A stretch of 64,000 nucleotides of DNA from Squalus acanthias (GCA_030390025.1 JASTWF010000035.1:2728001-2792000), one strand, 5' to 3'. Positions 1-13,317 are shown, counted from the stretch's first letter. Notes: generated by a model not told the origin, from the sequence alone. Numbers and translations: made by a program.

Positions 1-48
1 CAGGCTCGAGGGGCTAAATGGCCTACTCCTGCTCCTATCTTCTATGTT
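1..48 (+). mobile_element. 3' tail of a CR1 LINE (truncated by window edge)
   Basis: GGCTCGAGGGGCTAAATGGCCTACTCCTGCTCCTAT...TATGTT matches the 3' ends of the other CR1 copies here (e.g. 5337-5393, 9157-9210). Confidence 0.8.
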
Positions 49-54
49 TCTATG

Positions 55-932
55 TGGGCCATCAGGTACAGGGGATTTGTTGGCTTTTAGTCCCATTAGT
101 TTTTCAAGTATTTCTCTACTGATATTAATAACTTTAAATTCCTCACTCTTATTAGCCCCTTGGTTCCACACTATTTTTGAAATGCTTTTTGTGTCTTCTA
201 CTGTGAAGACAGATACAAAATATTTGTTTAAAGTCTCTGCCATTTCCTTATTCCCCATTATAATTTCACCTGTCTCAGCCTCTAAGGGACCAACACTTTT
301 TACTCTCTTCCTTTTTACATACTTGTAGAAGCTCTTACAATCTGTTTTTATATTACTTGCTCGTTTACTCTCATTGTATTTTCTCCCTTTTTATCAATTT
401 TTGGTCATCCTTTGTTGGTTTCTAAAGCTCTCCCAATCCTCAGGCTTACTACTGTTTATACTACTTCTTTTGATGTAATACTATCCTTAACTTCTTTAAT
501 TAGCCACGGATGGATCACTTTTCCCGTGGAGTTTTTATTTCTCAATGGAATGTATATTCGTTGAGAATTTTGGAATATTTCTTTAAATGTTTGCCACTGC
601 TTATCTATCATCATACCTTTTAATCTAATTTTCTAATCTACCTGAGCCAACTCACCCCTCATACCTATGTAAATGGCTTTACTTAAGTTTAAGATTCTCG
701 TTTCCGACTGCAGTATTTCACTCTCAAACTCAATGTGAAATTCTGACATATTATGATCACTCTTCCCCAGAGGATTCTTTACAATGAGATTACTAATTAA
801 CCCTGTCTCATTACATAGTACAAGATCTAAAATAGCCTGTTCTCTGGTTGGTTCCATGGTATTGTTCTTGGAAACGGTTTCGAATGCATTCCATGAACTC
901 GTCCTCCAGACTACCTTTGCCAATTTGATTTG
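55..932 (-). mobile_element. CR1 LINE ORF2 fragment (endonuclease C-terminus/linker), degenerate
   Basis: Minus-strand translation EPTREQAILDLVLCNETGLISNLIVKNPLGKSDHNMSEF matches the APE endonuclease end (SDH motif) of ORF 2453-3733. Confidence 0.85.
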
Positions 933-940
933 TCCCGTCC

Positions 941-1145
941 GAGCTATTGGGAGCAGCAGCGAGAGCGGTCCGATCTGTGAGGGAACAGGCAAAGGAGGAG
1001 TGAGGAAATAAAGCCCGAGGCTCGAGGGCCAGACCGAACTACTGGGAGCAGCAGCGAGAGCGGACCGACCTGTGAGGGAACAGGCGAAGGAGGAGCGAGG
1101 AAATAAAGCCCGAGGCTTGAGGCCCAGACCGAACTATTGGGATAA
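941..1145 (+). repeat. 95-bp tandem repeat (about 2.2 copies) in CR1 5'UTR
   Basis: GGGAGCAGCAGCGAGAGCGG starts at 949 and 1044; a partial third unit starts near 1139. Confidence 0.85.
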
Positions 1146-1389
1146 GCATGGAGAGCGGACCTCAACAGGCAACATTCGAAAGTGACGTCAGAGATTAAAA
1201 GTGACGTCGGCACAAGGGAAGGAGCTGATTGGTAAGTAGGACCTGGTGAGTATTTCTACAGTCCAGTCGTTAAAGTAAAAGCAAGGTCTCTAGTTTAGAG
1301 TAAGTAGTGTGTAAAGTGAAGTAAGGTCTCTAGTATATTTAATATTCTTTAATTTAGAGGAAGTAAAGGGAGTAAATTAAGGGTAGGAC

Positions 1390-2338
1390 ATGGCAGGGCA
1401 GCTCGGCAGCGTGGAGTGCTGCTCCTGTGCTATGTGGGAAGTCAGGGACACTTTCGGTGTCCAGGGCGAACACGTGCAGGAAGTGTCTCCAGCCGCAGCT
1501 ACTTGAAATCCGCGTTTCGGACCTGGAGCTGCAGCTGGAGTCACTGTGGAGCATCCGCGAGGCTGAGATCTTCGTGGATAGCACGTTTAACGAGGTGGTC
1601 ACACCGCAGATAAAGAGTGCACAGGCAGAAAGGGAATGGGTGACCGCCAGACAGAGTAAAAGAACTAGGAAGGTAGTGCAGGAGTCCCCTCGGTCCATCT
1701 CCCTCTCCAACAGATTTTCTGTTTTGGATACTGCTGGGGGAGATGGTTTCTCAGGGGAATGCAGCAAGAGCCAAGTCCATGGCACTACGAGTGGCTCAGC
1801 TGCACAGGCGGGGAGGAAAAAGAGTGGGAGAGCAATAGTTATAGGGGATTCTATCGTAAGGGAAACAGACAGACATTTCTGTGGCCGCAGACGTGACTCC
1901 AGGATGGTATGTTGCCTCCCTGGTGCCAGGGTCAAGGATGTCACTGAGCGGCTGCAGGACGTTCTGAAGGGGGAGGGTGAACAGCCAGAGGTCATGGTCC
2001 ATATCGGTACCAACGGCATGGGTAGAAAGAGAGACGAGGTCCTGCAAGCAGAATATAGGGAGCTAGGAAATAAATTAAAAAGCAGGACCTCAAAGATAGT
2101 AATCTCAGGATTACTCCCAGTGCCACGTGCTAGCGAGAGCAGAAATAGGAGAATAGACCAGATGAATGCGTGGCTGGAGAGATGGTGTAGGAGGGAGGGA
2201 TTTAAATTCCTGAGGCATTGGGACCGATTCTGGGGAAGGTGGGACCTGTACAAGCTGGACGGGTTACACCTCGGCAGAAACGGGACCAACATCCTCGCAG
2301 GGGGGTTTGCTAGTGCTGTTGGGAAGGATTTAAACTAG
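1390..2338 (+). pseudogene. CR1 ORF1: CxxC..CxxC zinc finger, coiled coil and SGNH/GDSL esterase domain; one frameshift near 1473
   Basis: ATG at 1390 gives MAGQLGSVECCSCAMWE; the frame then shifts to CRKCLQPQLLEIRVSDLELQLESL; SGNH motifs VIGDS, CLPGA, HIGTN, DGLHL. Confidence 0.9.
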
Positions 2339-2452
2339 TTTGTCAGGGGGCTGGGAACCTAAGTGTGGACCCAGAACGGAGAGAAACAAAGCTGGAAGTG
2401 CAAGTTAGAAAAGTAGTCAGCAAAACTAGTAGGCCAACAGTAAAGAGTCAAA

Positions 2453-5298
2453 GTGCAGAAAAATATTAAACAGGCAAAGTTGAAGGCACTATATCTAAAT
2501 GCACGTAGCATTCGCAACAAGGTAGATGAATTAATGGCACTAATAGAAGTAAATGGGTATAATGTAATTGCCATTACAGAGACATGGTTGCAGGGTAAGC
2601 AAAGCTGGGAACTGAATGTTCCAGGGTACTCAACATTTAGGAAGGACAAGCAAAAAGGAAAAGGAGGTGGCGTAGCGCTGTTAATAAGGGATGAGATCGG
2701 TACAGTAGAGATAAAAGATCTTGGCTTGGCAGATCGTGATGTAGAACTGGAATCAGTTTGGGTGGAGCTAAGAAACAGCAAAGGGCGGAAAACATTGGTG
2801 GGAGTTGTGTATAGGCCACCAAACAGTAATGGTAATGTAGGGCACAGTATCAATCAAGAGATTAGAAGTGCATGTAACAAGGGCAATACGGTAATCATGG
2901 GGGATTTTAATCTACATATTGACTGGGCAAATCAAATTACCACTAATGGTGTGGAGGATGAATTCTTGGAATGCATGCGAGATGGTTTCCTGGATCAGTA
3001 TGTGGAGGAACCAACCAGGGAACAGTCTATTCTGGATCTGGTACTGTGTAATGAGAAAGGGCTAATCAATAATCTTGTGGTAAAGGGGCCTTTAGGGACA
3101 AGTGACCATAATATGATTGAATTTTACATTAAGTTTGAGAGTGATGTCGTCCAATCTGAAACTAAGGTCTTCAATCTAAACAGAGGAAACTACAAGGGTA
3201 TGAGGGACAAGTTGGCCATGGTAGATTGGGAGACTACATTAAAAGGTATGAAGGTGGACATACAATGGCTAACATTCAAGGAAATAATGCATAATTTGCA
3301 ACAAACATATATTCCTCTAGGGCATAAATACCCAAAAGGAAAAGTGATCCAACCATGGCTAACAAAAGAAATTAAAACTAGTATTAAGTCAAAGGAGGAA
3401 GCTTATAAAGTTGCCAGAAAAATCGGTCAGCCTGAGGATTGGGATCATTTCAGAAATCAGCAAAGGGGGACCAAGAAATTGATAAAGAAAGGGAAAATGG
3501 AATATGAGCACAAACTAGCGAAAAATATAAAAACGGATTGTAAAAGCTTCTATAGGTATGTGAAAAGGAAAAGACTGGCGAAGGTAAATGTAGGTCCTTT
3601 GCAGTCAGAGACAGGAGAATTTATAATGGTGAATGAGGAAAGGGCAGAGAAATTAAATAAATACTTTTGTTTCTGTCTTCACGGAGGAAGACACAAAAAA
3701 CCTCCCAGAAATTCGAGAAAACCAAGGGTGTGACGAGAATGAGGAACTTAAAGAAATTATTATTAGTACAAAAACAGTACTAGCAAAATTAATGGGACTA
3801 AAAGTCGATGAATCCCAAGAACCGGATGACCTACATCCTAGGGTTTTGAAAGAGGTGCCATTGGAATAGTGGACGCATTGGTTGTCATCTTCCAAAATTT
3901 TATAGATTCTGGAACGGATCCTGCAGATTGGAGGATAGCAAATGTAACCCCGCCATTTAAGAAAGGAGGGAGAGAGAAAACGGGGAACTACAGACCTGTT
4001 AGCCTCACATCAGTATTGGGAAAATGCTGGAATCTATTATAAAGGATGCAATAACTGGGCACTTAGAAACTAATAGTAAGATTGGGCAGAGTCAACATGG
4101 ATTTATGAAAGGGAAATCCTGTTTGACAAACCTATTGGAGTTCTTTGAGGATGTAACTAGTGGAGTAGACAAAGGGGAACCGGTAGATGTGGTGTATCTG
4201 GATTTTCAGAAGGCCTTCAATAAGGTCCCACACAAGAGGTTGGTGAACAAAATTAGGGCACATGGAATTGGGGGTAATATACTAGCATGGATTGAGAATT
4301 GGTTAACAGACAGAAAACAAAGAGTAGGGATAAACAGGTCTTTATCAGGATGGCAGGCTGTGACTAGTGGGGTACTGCAAGGATCGGTGCTTTGGCCCCA
4401 GCTATTCACAATCTATATCAATGATTTGGATGAGGAGACTAAATGTAACATTTCCAAATTTGCTGATGATACAAAGCTAGGTGGCAGTGTCAGTTGCGAA
4501 GAGGATGTGAAGAGGCTTCAAGGGGATCTTGACAGGCTCAGTGAGTGGGCGAGAACATGGCAGATGGAATATAATGTGGATAAATGTGAAGTTATCCACT
4601 TTGGTAGAAAAAGCAGAAAGGCAGAGCATTTCCTAAATGGTGAAAGATTGGAGAATGCAGATGCTCAAAGGGACCTGGGTGTCCTTGTACATGAGTCACT
4701 GAAAGTGAATGTGCAGGTGCAGCAAGCCATTAGGAAGGCAAATGGTATACTGGCCTTCATTACAAGAGGATTTGAGTACAGGAGTAAAGAAGTCTTACTC
4801 CAATTATATAGGGCCTTGGTGAGACCACACCTGGAGTACTGTGTACAATTTTGGTCTCCTTACCTAAGGAACGATATACTTGCCATAGAAGGGAGTGCAA
4901 CGAAGGTTCACAAGATTGATTCCTGGGATGGCGGGACTGTCGTATGAGAAGAGATTGAGTGTAACTAGGCCTGTATTCTCTTGAATTCAGAAGAATGAGA
5001 GGGGATCTCATTGAAGCATTCAAAATTATTACAGGGCTTGATAGGGTAGATGCTGGGAGAATGTTTCCCTTTGCTGGGAGTCTAGAACCAGGGGCCACAG
5101 CCTCAGGATAAAGGGTAGGCCATTCAAGACTGAGATGAGAAGAAATTTCTTCACACAGAGGGTGGTGAATCTTTGGAATTCTCTACCCCTAAGGGCTGTG
5201 GAGGCTCAGTCATTGGGTATATTCAAAACAGAAGTCGATAGATTTCTGACTAGTAAGGGCATCAAGGGATATGGCGATAGGGCCGGTGAATGGAGTTG
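2453..5298 (+). pseudogene. CR1 ORF2 (APE endonuclease + reverse transcriptase), disrupted by several frameshifts
   Basis: ORFs 2453-3733 (APE) and 4024-4947 (RT, KFADD) are in different frames; breaks near 3660, 3860, 4890 and 4960. Confidence 0.92.
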
Positions 5299-5744
5299 AG
5301 GCAGAAGATCAGCCATGATCTCATTGAATGGCGGAGCAGGCTCGAAGGGCCGAATGGCCTACTCCTGCTCCTATTTCTTATGTTCTTATGTTCTTATTAA
5401 CATCCAGGAGATGTCTGTCTGGACAACACACATCTGTAACAGCCAGGCACCCCGCTTAAATGACTGCAGGTGTGTTGGAGTATTGGGGCACAGCCTTCCA
5501 CCTGTGGAGCCTGTAGTGGCAGAGCCATCCACTGACTCAGGACAAGGAGGTACTGGAGTACCTGCATTCCTAGACCAATGTTCTGACATGGAATAGCCAT
5601 CTCCCACTGAAAAAAACTTTTCGAAGTGGAGCAGGTTAAGCATGTTTCAGTGGGAGAGCGTCTGGGAAACAGTGGGTTTAGAGTAGTTATGGAAAGGGAC
5701 AGGGTACCGTCAAGGTACTGCCACAATCAAAGATTTGTGTACGT

Positions 5745-6131
5745 AAACCCCTACGTCTCTCTGTTCCTGCGCCCCCTTTAAAATTGTACCATTTAGTTTA
5801 TCTTGCCTCTCTTCATTCTTCTTTCCAAATGCATCACTTCACACGTCTCTGCATTATATTCCATCTGCCCATTTCACCAGTCTGTCTTTGTCCTCCTGAA
5901 GTCTGCTACTATCCTCATCACTTGTTATGATCTGGAATGCACTGCCTGAAAGAGTGGTGGAAGCAGAATCAATAGTAACTTTCAAAAGGGAATTGGATAT
6001 ATACTTTAAAAGGAAACATTTGCAGGGCTATGGGGAAAGAGCAGGGGAGTGGGACTAATTGGAGAGCTCTTTTAAAGCACCAGCACAGGCATGATGGGCC
6101 AAATGGCCTCCTTCTATGTTGTATGATTCTG
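5745..6131. mobile_element. Two short CR1 fragments (minus about 5745-5922, plus 3' end about 5925-6131)
   Basis: TCTGGAATGCACTGCCTGAAAGAGTGGTGGAAGCAG...AAATGGCCTCCTTCTATGTTGTATGATTCT is a CR1 3' end; the upstream piece matches RT sequence on the minus strand. Confidence 0.7.
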
Positions 6132-6569
6132 TGAGAAGAAGCACATGGTTAGGAAATAGAACAGACACACCATACTCTTTCACAAAGGGTAAACTCAGTA
6201 AACATAATTGGAACTGCAATGTGTCTTCAGATCTCATTTCAGATGGGGCGGAGTAGGATAGATGGAGAGAGATGCTACTGTGTTTATGGTCCTTATGTAT
6301 GGCTGTGGAAAATGGCCACGGTGGCTTATTTGGGTAGGTTATGGAGAGCACATGCAGGTGACTTTTCTGCATTGAATGCTTCAGGCACTTGAGTAAGTGT
6401 GTCATCTATTAAAGCCTGCCTTTAGATGCTGAGTGATCAGCTGTTTGCGCAGATATGTCTTCTGTATCTTGGTCAGGTCATCTTCCATCACTAACGGAAC
6501 AAAACTTTTAGTTCCTCTGACTCCGGCTTGTGCTTACGCCTTCTAATCCTTTCACCCAATCATTGAGAC

Positions 6570-6786
6570 CAATGGTCCCACCCTATACCCCTTCTCCTCT
6601 CCACTTTCTTCACCTTTATGACCCTACTTAAAACCCACCTCTTTGAGCAAGCTTTAGGCCACCCCATCTAATATCTCCTTCTTTAGTTCAGTGTCCATTT
6701 TCCACACCCCTCTGTGAAGCACCTTAGGATGTTTTTCTATGTTAAAGGTTTTACATGTTTAAGGTGCTATATAAATGCAAGTTGGT
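6570..6786 (+). mobile_element. Degenerate L2-type LINE/SINE 3' end
   Basis: CTACTTAAAACCCACCTCTTTG...TGTGAAGCACCTTAGGATG...TGCTATATAAATGCAAGTT resembles the L2 fragment at 19250-19550 and the SINE tail at 25515-25572. Confidence 0.55.
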
Positions 6787-6822
6787 GCTTGTCTAACTCG
6801 TTTAATTTCTCTTTCTTTCCAG

Positions 6823-6931
6823 ATGCTGTTCCCAGTCCCATTTTATGTTACTGGTACATGAACATAATAGGAAATCAATTTGGAAATTGTGGCCGGAAAG
6901 AAGATGGCTCCTTTGTGAGTTGCTCTATAAA
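6823..6931 (+). CDS. ADAM-family metalloprotease, cysteine-rich domain exon (internal)
   Basis: Polypyrimidine tract + AG (6821-6822), donor GTGAGT (6932); encodes (D)AVPSPILCYWYMNIIGNQFGNCGRKEDGSFVSCSI(K), the ADAM C..xN..G..FGNCG motif; phase 2 end fits the next exon. Confidence 0.9.
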
Positions 6932-7479
6932 GTGAGTATGAATGTCCAGTGGACGTGCTGTCCAGTCTGACGAGCCAGTGACAGGACTGTGGTTATAATA
7001 CACAGAAGGAGCTGCAATTAATATGCTGTATAGAAAGTATTGTGTCGCAGGATGCAATGCTGATTTATATGTTGAGAATGACCCTACTGGTGAGCAACAT
7101 GGTCACGAACAGACAGCTCTTCATAATGTTCATACAAAAGATTTAATCCAACATGTCACCATTTATCACCCTGCCTGCTATATCAGACCTGGTCCGAAGG
7201 TTTGACGATGACTGCACTGCGCATGTTGGGGATTTCTCAGACAGTATCTAATTCTACCAGTCAACCTCATATTCCTTTATACTGACCTGCTGGCATTTGA
7301 ATGCTAGACATTCACACTGATCGGCAGCACATCACATTGGAGTAATGGCACACTGGGCCAGGGAGTGGATTGGCATAGTTTCAGTCTCCCACTCCGCTTC
7401 ATTCCTGATCCCAACCACGCTGGAGGTGTTGGCTTGATGCTTGGCGCCTCCCCAAGGTGGAGAGAAAAGCAGGGACAGG

Positions 7480-7652
7480 AATTGATATATCGGAGAGCAG
7501 CTTCTGGGACTCCGCTCCAAATAACCAGGAAAGACTTGCAGGACTCAACATGTTTTCACTGGAGAAAACAACATGGGGCAACATGAGCCATGTATTCAAG
7601 ATGCTGAGAGGCATAGAAGGTGAAGATGGAGGCAAGCTATTTGACGTGGGCT
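7480..7652 (+). mobile_element. Old CR1 3' fragment interrupted by a younger CR1 (continues about 9215-9400)
   Basis: ERLAGLNMFSLEK...[17 protein letters not shown] is a degenerate CR1 C-terminus; resumes as GACAGGTTTAAAATT after 9215. Confidence 0.55.
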
Positions 7653-9212
7653 CTGAGCATAAAACTAGAAGAACTAGGAGCAGAGATAGTGGATGCATTG
7701 GTTGCAATATACCAAAATTCCCTGGACTCTGGAGAAGTCCTAGCGGATTGGAAAACCGCAAATGTAACACCCCTATTTAAGAAAGGAGGGAGACAGAAAG
7801 CAGGAAACCATAGACCAGTTAGCCTAACAACTGTCGTTGGGAAAATGCTAGAGTCCTTCATTAAGGAAGCAGTAGCAGGGCATTTGGAGAATCATAATGC
7901 AGTCAAGCAGAGTCAGCATGGTTTTATGAAAGGGAAATCATGTTTAATAAATTTGCTGGAGTTCTTTCAGGATGTAACGAGCAGGGTGGACAAAGGTGAG
8001 CCAGTGGATGTGGTATATTTGGATTTCCAGAAGGCATTTGATAAGGTGCCACATAAAAGGTTCCTGCATAAGATAAGAGCTCACGGAGTTGGGGGTAATA
8101 TATTAGCATGGATAGAGAATTGGCTAACTAACAGAAAGCAGAGAGTCGGGATAAATGGGTCATTTTCTGGTTGGCAAACGGTAACTAGTGGGGTGCCACA
8201 GGGATCGGTGCTGGGGCCTCAACTATTTACAATCTACATTAATGACTTGGATGAAGGGGCCAAGTGTAATGTAGCCAAGTTTGCGGATGATACAAAGATG
8301 GGTGGGAAAGCAAGTTATGCAGAGGACTCAAAGAATCTGCAAAGGGATATAGACAGGCTAAGTGTGTGAGCAAACATTTGGCAGATGGAGTATAATGTGG
8401 GAAAGTGCAAGGTTATCCACTTTGGCAGGAAAAATAAAAAAGCAAACTATTATTTAAATGGAGAGAGATTACAAAATGCTACAGTTCAGAGGGACCTGGG
8501 GGTCCTTGTGCATGAAACACAAAAAGTTAGCATGCAGGTGCAGCAAGTAATCAAAAAGGCAAATGGAATGTTGGCCTTTATTTCAAGGGGGTTGGAGTAT
8601 AAAAGTAGGGAAGTCCTGCTACAACTGTACAGGGTATTGGTGAGACCACACCTTGAGTGCTGTGTACAGTTTTGGTCTCCTTATTTAAGGAAGGATATAC
8701 TTGCATTGGAGGCAGTTCAGAGACGATTCACTAGGTTAATTCCAGAGATGAAGGGGTTGACTTATGAGGAAAGGTTGAGCAGGCTGGGCCTATACTCATT
8801 GGAGTTTAGAAGAATGAGAGGTGATCTTATTGAAACATATAAGATACTGAGGGTGCTCGACAAGGTAGATGCAGAGAGGATGTTTCCCCTCGTGGGGGAA
8901 TCTAGAACTCGGGGGCATAGTTTCAGAATAAAGGGTCGCCCTTTTAGAACTGAGATGAGGAGGAATTTCTTCTCTCAGAGGGTCGTAAATCTGTGGAATT
9001 CTCTGCCCCAGAGAGCTGTGGAGGCTGGGTCATTAAATATAGTTAAGGTGGAGATAGACAAATTTTTGCAAGATAAGTGAGTGAAGGGTTATGGGGAGCG
9101 GGCAGGGAAATGGCTTTGAGCCCAAGATCAGCCATGATCTTAATAAATGGCGGCGCAGGCTCGAGGGGCCAAGTGGCCTATTCCTGCTCCTATTTCTTAT
9201 GTTCTTATGTTC
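7653..9212 (+). mobile_element. 5'-truncated CR1 LINE (RT and 3' tail), premature stop at 8367-8369
   Basis: ORFs 7620-8369 and 8385-9080 with [28 protein letters not shown] tail. Confidence 0.93.
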
Positions 9213-9934
9213 GAAGTGACAGGTTTAAAATTAACAAGCTGAAGAAAGACCAGTGATTAGAAGAATATTTTTCTCCACAGGGAATGAGCTGCTGGCAAAA
9301 GCAGCTGATTAACAGTATCCAAAAAAGATGTTGATCTAATTTGGAGCAGGGTTGGTGGTGAAATGGTTGGGCTGACAAAATCAAACACTCCATGGGACAC
9401 ATTGGGCTCGATATTGCCAGGCCCGAGGAGGCGGGATTGGAGGCGTGTGAGGTGGTAAAATCGTAAAAAAAAGGCAGGCGGGGGCGGGCCCGATCCCGAT
9501 CCCGTCTCCGAGCAATTTTCCCACATGTATGTTTTCTGACCCCATTTCAATCCCGCCTCCAAGAGGCGGGATAGGCCCTTAAGGCCCTTAACAACCACTT
9601 AATTGCCTCTATAATCCCATTTTGAGAGGCCATTCTGATTTTAACACTTTTCCCACATGCTGCACGTCTCCTCTGGAACACGCCAGTGAATCCTGGCGGC
9701 ATCACAAGTGGATTGCTTACTAACAGCTGCAGCTCCACCATTAAAAAGGAGTTTTCAGCAATCATCCTTTGCAGGTGGCAGAACTTTGTTGTCTCAGGTC
9801 TGGGGAATTTTTAGCAAGCCTACTCATTGTTCTGGAAGTTTGGAGCCTGACACCCATCTCCAGTGTGACCTCCTGGGAAACCCTTCTCCCCACCTTGACT
9901 GAGCGCTTCCTCAACTGAGGTATATACCTGAAGC

Positions 9935-11168
9935 ATGGGAACCATTTATTCCCTTTCCTCCTGGACATCAGATTCAGACGAAGACCAGCCGCAGCAGCAG
10001 CAGAACCATGAACAACAGCAGCACCAACTGCAGGAGCAACAGCAGGAGCTCCAAGCTGCTACTCAACCACCTGAAGCTGCACAGGCCAGAAGGCACCAGC
10101 GCATGGAAGCACGTCGGCGCAGGAGATACCCCCAAAACAGGGTCTACAGACAGGATGAGCTACCTCAACATGACTGAGCAGCAGTGCCAAAGGAGGCTCC
10201 GGCTTTCGCGAGAGGTAGTGGGTGACATCTGCGCAATGCTGCAGCAAGAGCTGGAGCCCAGAGGAGCAGGTGGACACCCCTTACCAGTGGCCGTCAAAGT
10301 CACCACCGCATTCAACTTTTTTGCTTCAGGCTCATTCCAGGGATCAGCAGCAGACATCAGCGGCGTCTCCTAGGCGGCCGCACACACTTGCATCATGCAG
10401 GTAACCGATGCCCTCTTTGCCATCGCTCATAATTACATCAATTTCTCCAAGGTTCAAGCCAGTGTAACTGTGCGTGCGGTTGGGTTTGACAATCTGGCAG
10501 GCTTTCCAAGGGTGCACGGCGTCGTTGACTGCACACATGTGGCCCTTAAGGCACCCCATCACAATCCAGGTTTTTTTGTCAACCGCAAGGGCTTCCAATC
10601 CCTCAACGTACAGCTGGTGTGTGACCACAAGAAGGAAATTTTGCATGTTTGCGCCAAGTACCCTGGCAGTTGCCATGACTCCTTCATCCTGCGCCAGTCT
10701 AGTGTGCCTCCGCTCTTCAGTCCGCCAGACCAACTTTTCGGATGGCTCCTTGGAGACAAGGGCTATCCCCTGAAGACGTGGCTAATGACGCCGTTGAGGA
10801 GCCCATCCAACGAAGCTGAGGAGCGCTACAACTCCAGCCACATTTTCACCAGATCCATAATTGAACAAACCATCGGCTTGCTGAAGATGCGCTTCAGATG
10901 CCTTGATAGATCAGGTGGAGCCCTGCAGTACTCAGCAGCCAGGGTCTCCAGAATGGTCGTGGTCTGCTGTGCACTTCACAACATGGCACAGCATCGTGGC
11001 TTGCAGATGCCTGAGGAACAAATGGCTCATCACATAGCCTCCTCAGATGAGGAGGAGGAGAGCGACAACGACCAGCTTGCAGACATGCATCAACCAGCGG
11101 CAGCAGCATGCGAGCACATTGCTGCCCGGGATGCAAGGGACGCACTCATCTTGGCCAGATTTGCTTAG
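9935..11168 (+). pseudogene. Harbinger DDE transposase (HARBI1-like), with frameshift near 10152 and in-frame TAG at 10371-10373
   Basis: Motifs [55 protein letters not shown]; Gln-rich N-terminus. Confidence 0.92.
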
Positions 11169-11426
11169 CCTAGACAATCAAGCACTTTTGCCTCGCAGCT
11201 TCTTACCAGACCATCGACAATGGCCAAGATCCATCGGATTCCTATCCCTATGACCACCATACTGACAATTGCAAGTCACCCTAAGCCCTCAATGTGGAAG
11301 TCCCATTTGCGAAATGACACACGCCACAACTTCAACAGTTTGACATCAGCATTTTTTATCACAACAAGCAACTGATGGCATTTCAAAAATAAACACAACA
11401 TGACACCCAAGTGACTACCCTTGTGA

Positions 11427-13317
11427 CTACTTGTGCATTATCTTCCTCTTACGCGTGCTCCTACGTGGTGCTTCCCCTGTGACTTCAGCAGATGTGGAGG
11501 CCCCTTGCTCACTTTCTTGTTGCTCCTGCCTCGACACCTTTGGCAGGGGTTGAGACGCCGATCTCAGTTGGGTGGGGACTCTGGTGGGGCTCTGACCGAG
11601 GGCTCTGCAGTGGCATGGTCGTGTGAGCGCTTGGAGAGGAGCCCCCACTTCCTTGTTGTCTGCCACCAACATCCCTCTCATGGGTCAGCCCCACTTCAGA
11701 CCTAGCAAGTGGCTGGACAGCCCCTTTCTGCACTGCAGGGGGGCCATGAGGACCCGTTTCTGCGCTGGAAGTCCTACTCCAGAGAACTTCCATGAAGGTC
11801 TGGTTTCTCTGCTCAATAGCTGACCATCGCTCCTCAAGAGATGTCAGTCTATTCTGAACAATGACCATGTTTTCACGACCCTGGCGACTAAGCTCCTCCA
11901 TGGTCGTAGCCATCCTCTCCTCTACGGTAGCCATCCTTTCCACGGAGGTTGCCATCCTTTCAGTGGTGATGCGTTCATGTGCCATTGCCTCCACAAAGGC
12001 TCTGCTCATGTTAGCGATGGACTCCTCCATTCGCTCCACACTCGCAGCGACCCTGGGGACAAAACCTGCCAGAGACTCCTACACCTGTTCCTGGAGTTCC
12101 AGCACCGCTCTCCTTCTGGATGGACCCTGAGGCACAGGGTCGACATGCAGCCGAGCCGAGCTGGCAGAGTCCTGCGCCCTCCGACGAGGACTCTCCACTG
12201 CTGTCCCTGTCTCCACCATCTGCTGATGCTCACTTGTGAGCTGTGATACACCAGGTGACAACACTACACTATCTCGCACAGTTCCCACCGAGGTGTGAGT
12301 GTCTGTGCTGGGTGCGCTGAATTCTGCTGACACTACGCCTTCAAAGGTTGCAGCTTCCTCTGAGGAGTCTTGAAGCTCAGGCTCTTCCTCTTGGACAGTG
12401 GGGACGGGGGATGTCGATGGTCCTGTGGGGGAGTAAAGGAAAGAGTTGGAGATGTGAGGTAAAGTTTGCATGCACATTGAATTGTACAGATGATCATAAG
12501 TCAATCTGTTAGACCTTCAGAATCATTATCAGTTACTCATGCAATGTCAATGAGAGAGATGCAAAACTATTCTGTCACCAGGTTGCTGTGATGCGCCCGT
12601 CTGTCCGTCCCCCATGGGAATCTTCCTCCACTCCCACAATCTCCAGGGCCGCCTCCTCCGCAGTGGTGAGCTGGGCTACTGAGGGTGGCCCTCCTCCTGT
12701 CCTTGCCCTCTCCCTCTTACTGTGGGCTCTCTTTTCCTGCAGTGAGGGACACAAGTGGAGTTTGAGTGAAAATGAAGGAGTGAGTGTAGAGATTCCATAG
12801 CATAGATGCTTAGAAGGAGACAAAGATGGAATGAGGTACCAAGACGAAGGGCCTTCCCTGTGTGTTGCAAGTTGATATCATAGCATCACAGCGATAGGGA
12901 GTGTGAGGGCTGCATAGTCGAATGGTTAAGTGAATGTGAACATACAGAGAGAGGGAATGGGTAAGGGTGCAGGGATGTCAGTGTCAAGTGGGATGTGGAG
13001 GAAGAGGTTGGCAAAGCAGAGTGCTGGTGAGGAGAGGCAATGGGGATCAGATTGAGGGTGATGGGAAAGGCATACTCACTTTTCCTGTGCGGAGAAGGTC
13101 ATGAAACCTCTTCCTGCATTGCAGCCAGGTTCTGGGGCACATAGACATTGAGTTGACCTCCTGGGCCACTTGCATCCACACAGCTTTAGTCTGCTGGGGA
13201 GGCTTTTTCCTCCCTGAGGAAGGGAAGAGCACCTCCTTATTTGATCTTGCTCCCTCCACCAGAGCTTGCAGGGCGGCGTCATTGAACCGTGGAGCACACT
13301 TTGGCACTGGTGGACAT
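11427..13317 (-). pseudogene. Harbinger Myb/SANT-like (MADF-type) DNA-binding gene, 3 exons (about 13317-13080, 12736-12579, 12422-11427), frameshifted
   Basis: APRFNDAALQALV...WMQVAQEVNSMSMCPRTWLQCRKRFHDL followed by a GTGAGT donor; exon 2 EKRAHSKRERARTGGGPP; coiled-coil exon 3 ending RRSTRKRKIMHK. Confidence 0.85.

Larger units (their letters stand above)
933..5397 (+). mobile_element. Near full-length CR1 LINE (5'UTR, ORF1, ORF2, 3' tail), frameshifted
   Basis: GC-rich 5'UTR with tandem repeats, ORF1 with esterase domain, ORF2 with APE (YLNARS, ITETWL, GDFN, SDH) and RT (LDFQKAF, QGSVL, KFADD), and a TATGTTCT-type tail at 5379-5397. Confidence 0.95.

Noticed and set aside
1354..2292. 312-aa minus-strand ORF and similar antisense ORFs over LINEs and Harbingers (e.g. 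31531-32289, 48109-48906)
   Set aside because: These are shadow frames of transposon coding sequence with no recognisable motifs.
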